DNA of 32,000 nucleotides from positions 1,620,001-1,652,000 of the forward strand of contig NC_002937.3 of the NCBI RefSeq assembly GCF_000195755.1, in the 5' to 3' direction. The position numbers were made by a program, and so were the translations under genes. Position 1 is the first letter of the stretch; every line of letters starts with the position of its first letter. The notes beneath the pieces were generated by a model, which searched no databases, was not told the DNA's origin, and worked only from the letters and a program-made list of their open reading frames with translations. Source of the DNA: Nitratidesulfovibrio vulgaris str. Hildenborough. Lineage in GTDB: Bacteria; Desulfobacterota; Desulfovibrionia; Desulfovibrionales; Desulfovibrionaceae. Shown here in pieces: positions 7,026 to 14,290 of the stretch.

Positions 7026-8453
7026 TCAGAACGTTCCCCGTCGGACTTTCCGTTGCAGCAGGGGAAAAAGCTCCGTAGCCGTCTCCGATTCGAAGAGGTC
7101 GCGCACCATGAGCACCCGTGCCTTGCGGGCTGCGATGTCACAAGCCACATCGGGCCTGTGGGCCCACTCCCGAAGCCGTTCGTCGAAGCGTTCCTCTACA
7201 GGAATGAGAGATACCCCCCGCACGTATTTGTCTGCCAGCATGACCAGCGCAGCCTCGTCAATCTCCGGTCCCGCCTGTGGTGCGATGTCGCGGTGCGCCG
7301 CGATGATGCTTCCGACTTCGGGAAAACCATGGCGCGTCAGCAGTGCACCTCCGGCGGCTTCATGGCGCTGTGTGCCCTTGCAGATGTCGTGCAGCGTGGC
7401 GGCAGCGTGGATGAGTGGCCTGTCGAGGCGTTGAGGCGAGGCGGTGGCGGCGGGGGCTTGCTGTGCGGCATCCCGCGCTGTTCCCGGCATGTGGTCCGGC
7501 ATGTGCCCCGGCTGGCACGTGGGCATGGGGCCCGTTGTCACGTCAGGGGGGGGGCATGCCACATGGGCTGTGGCGGTGTGCGGCAGGGTGGTGTTGCCTT
7601 CGGCATGCACCGCATGAGTCGTCGTGGACGCTGGTACGGAACGTGGTTCGGCGTGTGCCCCGGAAGTCGAGATGCCGTGCGGGGCGGACTGTCTAGCGAA
7701 CGGGCTGATGAAGCCGCGTCGTGTGGCTTCGAGGTGTGCCGCCATGGCCAGTGCGGCGCGGGCCACCATGCGGCAGTGCGCCCGGACTCTCGCAGGGGTG
7801 CCAGCCATCTCCAGCAACGCCTCTCGTTCCCGCGGAGTGGGAATGTGGCGCAGGGGATGGCGGGCAACCAGTTGCGCGTGGTCAGCCGGGGTGTCCATGT
7901 CGGTCACGATGCCTTCATCCGCAACGGCTACGTCGTGGGTGGTTCCGCCCTGACGCTCAAGGGCCAGAAGCACTCCGCGAAGCCCTCCATCACCGGAAGA
8001 GGCCAGCACGGCGCGCATGGTGTCTGCGTCGAGAAGCGGGGGGTGCCCACGTTCACCGCACAGCGTAGGGTACGTGACGGCGGCCCTGTGCCTGCGGAAA
8101 GCCTCGACCACGAGGGCACAGGTGGCCGTGCGCACGAATGGGATGTCGGCCGGCAGCACCAGTACGCCGTCCACCCGTCCGACGATATGAGCAATACCGG
8201 TTCGTACGGACGAGAACATGCCGTCCTGCGGGGTGGTGTTCTCTGCCGTCTCCAGTGAGAGGCGAAGTGCCTCTGCCGTGACGGCATCGCCATGGTGCCC
8301 GGTCACGACAACCAAAGGGCCGTTGATGGCCGGTAGAAGGGTCTTTGCCACATGGGCTAGAACGGTCGATGCGCCTAGCGGAAGAAGGGGTTTGCAGGCC
8401 CCCATGCGCTTGCCCTCACCCGCGGCGAGCACGATTGCACCTATCCGTAACAT
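7026..8453 (-). CDS. MobA/MocA-like nucleotidyltransferase fused to an HD-domain phosphohydrolase (probable Moco cytidylyltransferase-type enzyme)
   Basis: The N-terminus MLRIGAIVLAAGEGKRMGACKPLLPL...VLVLPADIPF matches the MobA/MocA NTP-transferase signature. The C-terminus has HD-domain elements (VRAHCRMVARAALAMAAH ... AATLHDICKG ... IIAAHRD ... LADKY). These are split by a ~100-aa His/Thr/Pro/Ala-rich insert. Start set at ATG 8453 (GAAGG RBS) rather than the track start 8525. Confidence 0.8.
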   Translation of the reverse strand: MLRIGAIVLAAGEGKRMGACKPLLPLGASTVLAHVAKTLLPAINGPLVVVTGHHGDAVTAEALRLSLETAENTTPQDGMFSSVRTGIAHIVGRVDGVLVLPADIPFVRTATCALVVEAFRRHRAAVTYPTLCGERGHPPLLDADTMRAVLASSGDGGLRGVLLALERQGGTTHDVAVADEGIVTDMDTPADHAQLVARHPLRHIPTPREREALLEMAGTPARVRAHCRMVARAALAMAAHLEATRRGFISPFARQSAPHGISTSGAHAEPRSVPASTTTHAVHAEGNTTLPHTATAHVACPPPDVTTGPMPTCQPGHMPDHMPGTARDAAQQAPAATASPQRLDRPLIHAAATLHDICKGTQRHEAAGGALLTRHGFPEVGSIIAAHRDIAPQAGPEIDEAALVMLADKYVRGVSLIPVEERFDERLREWAHRPDVACDIAARKARVLMVRDLFESETATELFPLLQRKVRRGTF

Positions 8454-8590
8454 GTAACCTTCTTCAGTAAAGATGGCGGGTTGCTGCATCTGCCGGTGGT
8501 CGTCGTGCCGATGTCCTGCTGCCACGACTGCCGCTGTCTGGTCATGGCTGTCTCCGGCGGGCCATAAGGTGCGTGACGCGGTATGACGCC

Positions 8591-9721
8591 TTACGCCGAC
8601 GCGCGGTGCATCACAAGCTCCGCCATGATGCTGATGCCAATCTCCTCAGGGGTTTGTGCCTGTATGTCAAGGCCGATGGGGCAATGACAGCGGGCGAGGG
8701 TGGCATCATCCAACCCTTGCTCTTGCAGTTCGGCATACAGTGCGTCCCGCTTGCGACGGCTGCCAATCATGCCGATGTAGCGTGCCGGAGTCTTGAGGGC
8801 CTGTTCGAGGATTTCACCGTCGTGCAGGTGTCCGCGTGTCATGATGACAAGATAGGTGTCGGGGGTGACATGCAGCCCGTCGAAGGCTTCGGCGAACGAG
8901 GGGGGGATGCGAAGGTGGGCGTCGGGGAAACGTTCGGGGGTCGCGAAGTCGGGACGGTCGTCGATGACGGTGACGGAGAATCCCACGGCATGGCCGAAGT
9001 GCGCCGTGGGCACCGCCACATGCCCTGCGCCGAAGATGACAAGGCGTGGCGGTGGCACCAACATGACGTCAAGGCGGCAGCCGGACTCGGAGAGGGCAAG
9101 CCCCGTAGACGCACCGGACAGGCGTTGCCCATCGCTGTCCTCACCGGTTGTATGGACGGCGGCGCGCATGGGGCGAAAGGTCTGGCGCGTGGTCGCCCTG
9201 CCTGAAATGTCTGCCTTGTCCAGCGCGTTCGCCCCATCCTGTCCGGATGGGGAGTCCCATACGTACTCCACACCGAATGACGCGGACAAGCCATCAGCAA
9301 CGCGGTCACATGCGTGCAGGAGAATGTCTGCCAGCCCCTTGCCATGCCCTGCGCTGCATCCTGTCTGTTCTCCGGTGTGGCATCCGTTCACGTTGTCGTG
9401 GCAAGCCCCGGCATGTTCGATGATCACCGTGAGATGACCTCCGCAGACCATGGCTGCTTCGGCTGCCGTGGTGTTGTCGAGGGCGAAGGCGCAGAACAGG
9501 GCGCTACCGGGTGGTCTCTGCAGGAGGTCTCTTCCGGCTTCGATGCAACGGGCTTCGACCAGACCACCGCCGATGGTGCCGAGGATGGAACCGTCGGGGC
9601 GAATCACCATCTGCGCGCCATCGCCACGGGGGGTGGAACCGCTGTGGTTGGCGATGGTCGCCATGGCGATGCTCTCGCCTGCTGAGAGGATGTCGCGAAG
9701 GGATTCAAGGAACGTGCTCAT
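8591..9721 (-). CDS. xdhC: XdhC/CoxI-family molybdenum-hydroxylase cofactor-insertion chaperone
   Basis: MSTFLESLRDILSAGESIAMATIANHSGSTPRGDGAQMVIRPDGSILGTIGGGLVEARCIE matches the XdhC N-domain. The C-terminal Rossmann part reads PRLVIFGAGHVAVP...IGMIGSRRK. Start at ATG 9721 (AAGAGG, 7-nt spacer), 17 nt after the upstream stop. Confidence 0.85.
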   Translation of the reverse strand: MSTFLESLRDILSAGESIAMATIANHSGSTPRGDGAQMVIRPDGSILGTIGGGLVEARCIEAGRDLLQRPPGSALFCAFALDNTTAAEAAMVCGGHLTVIIEHAGACHDNVNGCHTGEQTGCSAGHGKGLADILLHACDRVADGLSASFGVEYVWDSPSGQDGANALDKADISGRATTRQTFRPMRAAVHTTGEDSDGQRLSGASTGLALSESGCRLDVMLVPPPRLVIFGAGHVAVPTAHFGHAVGFSVTVIDDRPDFATPERFPDAHLRIPPSFAEAFDGLHVTPDTYLVIMTRGHLHDGEILEQALKTPARYIGMIGSRRKRDALYAELQEQGLDDATLARCHCPIGLDIQAQTPEEIGISIMAELVMHRASA

Positions 9722-9738
9722 GGGGTTGCCTCTTGCTG

Positions 9739-11088
9739 TCAGGAAGAAGCCTGACAACGGGTTGCGATACGTCGTTTTGCAAAAAGCGTTTCGGGTGGAA
9801 GATGGTCGCGCGCTGCCACGCGAAGTTCGAGCGTGCCAAGGCGCATGGCGCGGGCTATGGGGCTGGCGGTCGAGAGAAGGCGTGTCAGTATGGCGACCGA
9901 CTCTTCCCGGGCGGTCATGGTCGGGCCGAGGCGGGGGATGTCACCACGAAGCAGCACGTCAACGGCAAGCACTGCGGGGGCGTCTTCGTGCAGGCAGGCC
10001 CGGTATTCGACCACATCGGGCAGGCCAAGCAGGCATTCGTCAAGGTCTATGAGTCGTAGGGGCGTACCATCCGGCAACAGGCGTTCGTCGGCCAGTCGGC
10101 CGGGTACGAGGTCTATGCGGCGCTGAGGGCTTCCACATGGGCATGTGCCCGGCAGGATGCGCCCACGGTCTCCCGTGCGGTAGCGTATGAGGGGCATGGC
10201 ACGCCTGTCGAGCGTGGTCACGACCAGTTCCCCCCATGTGCCATCCGGGAGCGGAACCCCGCTTACGGGGTCGGTGACCTCGACCAGCAGATCGTTTTCG
10301 CGTAGGTGCATTCCCGCTTCGCCGCAAGAGAGGGCCCCCCCCATGCCGGTTTCGGTCATGCCCCAGTGGTGGCGTACTTCGCAGCCGAGGGTCTCGGCAA
10401 GGAGCGCACGGAGTGCGCGTGGTGCCGCGTCCCAGCACAGGAGTACGGTCGAGATGGCTCCCGATGGGAACCCTGCCCGGTGCCATGCGAGGGCGAACTC
10501 CCTGACATGCAACGGTGAGCCTACCACCGCCCGCACACCCTCGCGGTGTGCCATGTCTGCGATGCTGTCCCATCCATGTTCCGGTGATGCGGAGAGGGGG
10601 CGCACACCGACGCGACCTGCCGCCTCGCCCAGAAGACGTCCCACGCTGGCAGGGCGTTCGGCAGGCAGAAGTGCCAGTAGCGCCTCTCCGCGCTGCATGA
10701 ACGAGAGCAGCCCGTGCGAGAAGAACGTGATGGTGTTCTCGATATCTTCTGCGGTGCAGAAGACGCGCTTGGGCGGCCCCGTACTGCCGGAGGTGTCGAA
10801 GGTCACCGCCCGCGCCACGTCATCCTGTGAGACGCAGAGCAGCTTGAGAGGCGCTTCGCGAAGAATGTCTGCCTCCATGAAGGGCAGACGGGCGAGGTCG
10901 TGACGGCTGTACAGCGAGGATGCAGCGATGCCCGCCAGCCTTTCAGCATGATAGGGCGAGTGCCGGGCATGTTCGAGGGTAGCCCGCAATCGCTCCATCT
11001 GCCAGCGTTCCAGTGCCGCCGCATCGGGAGGGCTGTCGCACTTCATGCGTTCGGCAAGAAGGGCGTCGAGGGGTGCGAAACGGCTCAT
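9739..11088 (-). CDS. Adenylate-forming ligase of the phenylacetate-CoA ligase / coenzyme F390 synthetase (PaaK-like) family
   Basis: 449-aa ORF. AMP-binding motifs TSGSTGPPKRV, WGMTETG and YRTGDRG, plus the PaaK-type N-terminal helical region (LERWQMERLRATLEHARHSPYHAERL). The start ATG overlaps the upstream stop (ATGA at 11085-11088). Confidence 0.85.
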   Translation of the reverse strand: MSRFAPLDALLAERMKCDSPPDAAALERWQMERLRATLEHARHSPYHAERLAGIAASSLYSRHDLARLPFMEADILREAPLKLLCVSQDDVARAVTFDTSGSTGPPKRVFCTAEDIENTITFFSHGLLSFMQRGEALLALLPAERPASVGRLLGEAAGRVGVRPLSASPEHGWDSIADMAHREGVRAVVGSPLHVREFALAWHRAGFPSGAISTVLLCWDAAPRALRALLAETLGCEVRHHWGMTETGMGGALSCGEAGMHLRENDLLVEVTDPVSGVPLPDGTWGELVVTTLDRRAMPLIRYRTGDRGRILPGTCPCGSPQRRIDLVPGRLADERLLPDGTPLRLIDLDECLLGLPDVVEYRACLHEDAPAVLAVDVLLRGDIPRLGPTMTAREESVAILTRLLSTASPIARAMRLGTLELRVAARDHLPPETLFAKRRIATRCQASS

Positions 11089-12719
11089 GTGCGCCCCCTG
11101 TACAGCGGGGTTCCATCAGCTGCGGTGCAGTTCCATGCGCAGAACGGTATGAGCGCGCCGTCCGTTGTCACGGCATGGATGCAGCACCCTTGCAGCCGTT
11201 CAAGGTCGAGGTTCCATGCATCCTGAAAGGCCATGGCCGAAATGGCGAACAGGTGCGTCGCCGCGCGTGCGAGAAAGCGGTCGAGGTCGTCACCAGCATG
11301 GTCGGGCCGTGGCTGGCCCGCAATTGCCGGAGACACGACGTCTGACGTGTCAGGCGAGATGTTTCGTGACGTGCCTGATGATACAGCCGTGGACGGCGCT
11401 GATGCGGCGTTGCCAGAGGGGGAGGGCGAATGTCCGCAGGGTGCTGCCGGGCACGAAGAGGATACGTCGGCATTCACGGAGGAAATGGGAGCGGTCATGG
11501 CGGCTGATGTCGTGCCGTCCGTGCCACATCCGCAGGCATCATGTACGGGGGCACCATGTCCGGGGGCTGCCCATTGCCGCCTGACGAAGGCACGGGCGGC
11601 AATGGCACCGTCGAGTGCCGGGTGTGCCGGTGGCGCAGACTCCGCGCGCGGGGCGGATACGCGCATCAGGGTTCCATCTTCACGGACGAGATAGTTGGCA
11701 TGGAACGAACACAGGGAATGCTCGCAACCGGGGGGAAGAAAGTCGACAACCTGTACCATGCCCGCCGTCTGTTCTTCGAGGCGATGCATCAGTTCAGGCA
11801 GGGTGATGCGGGCCGAGGGAGACGGGGCCCCCTGACATGAAGGGTGTCGACCGAAATGGCTCACAGGCTGGAAGTGCACCCCGCGTACAGCAGGGGCCAG
11901 CGACATGCCAAGACGGATGATGGCGCCCACGTCGTGGTCGTTGACGCCGGGAACGACCGTGGGAACGAGCACCACCCCCACTCCGGCTTCTCCCAGCGCG
12001 TCGATGGCCCTGCGTTTGTCGTCCAGCAGCGGGGCACCCCGCAGTGCCTCGTGGATATCCTGTGATGTTCCGTCGAACTGCAGGAACACCGAATCGAGCC
12101 CCGCCCTTGCAAGGTCATGCGCCAGAGAGGGCTGACGGCCCAGCAGAATGCCGTTGGTGTTCAGCTGTACGAACGGAAAGAGACGCCTGGCATGGGATAC
12201 GATGTCGCAAAGGTCATGGCGCAGGGTGGGTTCACCCCCGGAAAGCTGGATGTTGCACGGGCCTGTCTTCTGCCGCACGGCTTCGAGAAGGGCTACGAGA
12301 GTGTGGAGGGGCGGGTCGCCTACATGCGCAGATGGCTGCAAGGTCTGCGTCTCGTCGTCCTGCGCTGCGGCGAAGCAATAGCGGCACCGGAGGTTGCAGC
12401 GGGTGGTCACTTCGAAGACGGCGGTGCAGGTGTGCTGATTGTGCTGCGGGCATAGGCCGCAGTCGAAGGGGCAGCCCCTGTCTACTGTCCCAAGGGGCGC
12501 AGGGGGCGTCGGGAGTTTGGGCCGAAGCCATGTCGACATGTCCGGCCCGCCGCGCCAGACCGGCGTCTCTGTCCGGCCGTGTTCCGGGCATTCCTTGACC
12601 AGCCACACCTCATGGGATCGCTGCTCATATCGGGCGGGTATGCGTGCGAGGCATCGCGGGCAGAGGCTTTGCGTGTGGTGGACGACCCGGTATGGCTTCA
12701 TCTCTGTGTGCGCCATCAT
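11085..12719 (-). CDS. Radical SAM enzyme with N-terminal zinc-ribbon (same architectural class as archaeal MJ0619-type pterin C-methylases and Tes tetraether synthase)
   Basis: 544-aa ORF. Zn-ribbon CPRC...CPEHG, then GCPFDCGLCPQHNQHTC. Radical SAM triad CNLRCRYC (aa 108/112/115) and GGEPTL. Conserved C-terminal block FAISAMAFQDAWNLDLERLQGCCIHAVTTDGALIPFCAWN. An A/S/P/C-rich insert spans aa ~386-476. The start ATG overlaps the upstream stop (ATGA at 12716-12719). Confidence 0.85.
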   Translation of the reverse strand: MMAHTEMKPYRVVHHTQSLCPRCLARIPARYEQRSHEVWLVKECPEHGRTETPVWRGGPDMSTWLRPKLPTPPAPLGTVDRGCPFDCGLCPQHNQHTCTAVFEVTTRCNLRCRYCFAAAQDDETQTLQPSAHVGDPPLHTLVALLEAVRQKTGPCNIQLSGGEPTLRHDLCDIVSHARRLFPFVQLNTNGILLGRQPSLAHDLARAGLDSVFLQFDGTSQDIHEALRGAPLLDDKRRAIDALGEAGVGVVLVPTVVPGVNDHDVGAIIRLGMSLAPAVRGVHFQPVSHFGRHPSCQGAPSPSARITLPELMHRLEEQTAGMVQVVDFLPPGCEHSLCSFHANYLVREDGTLMRVSAPRAESAPPAHPALDGAIAARAFVRRQWAAPGHGAPVHDACGCGTDGTTSAAMTAPISSVNADVSSSCPAAPCGHSPSPSGNAASAPSTAVSSGTSRNISPDTSDVVSPAIAGQPRPDHAGDDLDRFLARAATHLFAISAMAFQDAWNLDLERLQGCCIHAVTTDGALIPFCAWNCTAADGTPLYRGRT

Positions 12720-13168
12720 TCCCCCTTCGGTATGGCGGGGTCGAAACCGTGTTCGATGAGGATGGCGTTGATGCGTTGATGTGATTCGGCAAGCAGCACG
12801 CCGCAGCGCGAAGGGTCGGGGGTGCGGCAGTCACCCCCCATGATGACGCCGCAGGTGATGCCCCCGTAGGGTGTCGTGGCATCATGGAACCAGTCGCGAA
12901 ATGCTTCCAGCAGCAGCGGTAGCCTCTCATCGACGGTGTCTCCGGCAAAGCCCTGCGCCGTGTGCAATGCAAGGACACACGCGCCGCCGGAGAGAATGCC
13001 GCATGGCCCTGAACAGTCGCCCATGCCGTTGCACAGCCCTGCCATGGCCCTTGTCAGGGGCGGGTCATCAAGTCCCATGCCTTGCAGCGAAAGCAAGACG
13101 AGAATCTGGCTGCAGCAGAAGCCTTGCCCTGCCAGTTCCATGATGGCGAGTGTGGAGTCGTTCAGCAT
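12716..13168 (-). CDS. C_GCAxxG_C_C family Cys-rich (putative redox-active) protein
   Basis: MLNDSTLAIMELAGQGFCCSQ...GLCNGMGDCSGPCGILSGGACVLAL...CGVIMGGDC...CGVLL follows the C-GCAxxG-C-C cysteine spacing, with CGILSG as a variant. Start set at ATG 13168 (GAGAGGA RBS, 4 nt after the upstream stop), not the track start 13234. Confidence 0.8.
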   Translation of the reverse strand: MLNDSTLAIMELAGQGFCCSQILVLLSLQGMGLDDPPLTRAMAGLCNGMGDCSGPCGILSGGACVLALHTAQGFAGDTVDERLPLLLEAFRDWFHDATTPYGGITCGVIMGGDCRTPDPSRCGVLLAESHQRINAILIEHGFDPAIPKGE

Positions 13169-13172
13169 GTGT

Positions 13173-14078
13173 TCAGTCCTCTCGGGTACCTTTGAGGCTT
13201 TGGGCCAGAAGAAGGAAGTAGCCGGGACGCGCAACCTGTTCCGTGACTGCCCGGGTTGCTGGCGGCGAAAAGGAGCATTCCGTCATGCTGCAAGGCGTCG
13301 CCTGTGGTGGGGCCGCAATACCTTCAGGGGAGCATCTGCGACACGCGTCCCGAGATGGGAAAGCACGTTCACCGCAGTTCATGGCCCCACCGTGCAATGC
13401 CCCCGAAAGCGCCAGTCGGGCGGCGGTTTCACGGAGAAGGGGGGAATGGTCTTCGAAGGTGTGCAGGGCGAACCCCGCCTCGTGCAGGAGGCTTTCGATT
13501 CTCATCCGTGTAGCCTGCCACGCGAGGCATGAACCTTCGGTGACGCGGGCATGCCCTTCACCCCGAAGATACAGGTCGCTGACACCTAACAGCCCTCCGG
13601 GCACCAGCAGCCGGCGCAAGCCACGCAGTACCTCTAACGGCTTCACGAGAAGCGAAAGAACGCATTCGCAGAACACCATCTTCATGCTTCCATCGGCAAA
13701 GGGGAGATTTGCAGCGTCTGCCGCGATGACAGGTAATCCCTTATGATTATTGGATCCCGGCGTCAGTGAGGTGCTGCGGTCGCACCCGAAGGCCGATGCC
13801 CCGTACCGCTGTCGCAGGTGCAGCACGGTGGCACCCGTGCCGCAGCCCACGTCCAGCACGCGCCAGCCGGGATGGACACCTGCCAGCGTGGCGAGTCTGT
13901 CGGTGAGTGAGAACCCTCCGGGGCGCAAGGTATCTCCCAGCGCCGTCCGCGCTTCCGGACGCGCCCATAACGGAAGGCCCGGCGCACACGTCGTTTCGGC
14001 AACAGGCAGTCCCTCGCGGTCCATGGTGTTCGTGCTACCGCTTGCTGTATGCGCAACCTCTGTCACGACGGACGTCAC
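13173..14078 (-). CDS. Class I SAM-dependent methyltransferase with Cys-rich C-terminal extension
   Basis: LRPGGFSLTDRL...RVLDVGCGTGATVLHL...ANLPFADGSMKMVFCECVL...LVPGGLLGVSD. The C-terminal tail carries CGERAFPSRDACRRC...CSMTEC. The GTG start overlaps the upstream stop (GTGA at 14075-14078). Confidence 0.8.
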   Translation of the reverse strand: MTSVVTEVAHTASGSTNTMDREGLPVAETTCAPGLPLWARPEARTALGDTLRPGGFSLTDRLATLAGVHPGWRVLDVGCGTGATVLHLRQRYGASAFGCDRSTSLTPGSNNHKGLPVIAADAANLPFADGSMKMVFCECVLSLLVKPLEVLRGLRRLLVPGGLLGVSDLYLRGEGHARVTEGSCLAWQATRMRIESLLHEAGFALHTFEDHSPLLRETAARLALSGALHGGAMNCGERAFPSRDACRRCSPEGIAAPPQATPCSMTECSFSPPATRAVTEQVARPGYFLLLAQSLKGTRED

Positions 14079-14290
14079 TTGTCCTCCAGCAGGTGCTCCA
14101 CCTGTGCCATCTTGCCCATGGCGAGTTCTTCAGGAATGAAGACGGCGCCGCATGATGGACAGGCGGGAAGTTCCACGTTGAACCGGCTTCCCATGTATTC
14201 GAGTTCGACGGCGCACGGTTGGAGAGATTTCCCGCAGGGGGCGCAGCGTAGTCCGGAATAGGAGCCTTCAAGAACCTTCATGCTGCTCAT
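14075..14290 (-). CDS. Small zinc-ribbon protein (YgiT/MqsA-type dual CxxC finger)
   Basis: 71 aa: MSSMKVLEGSYSGLRCAPCGKSLQPCAVELEYMGSRFNVELPACPSCGAVFIPEELAMGKMAQVEHLLEDK. Strong AGGAGGG RBS. The ATG overlaps the upstream stop (ATGA at 14287-14290). Confidence 0.7.
   Translation of the reverse strand: MSSMKVLEGSYSGLRCAPCGKSLQPCAVELEYMGSRFNVELPACPSCGAVFIPEELAMGKMAQVEHLLEDK

Noticed and set aside
6996-8258. 420-aa plus-strand ORF
   Set aside because: It is antisense to the MocA-HD fusion gene. It has no motifs, is Arg/Gly-rich, and has no RBS.
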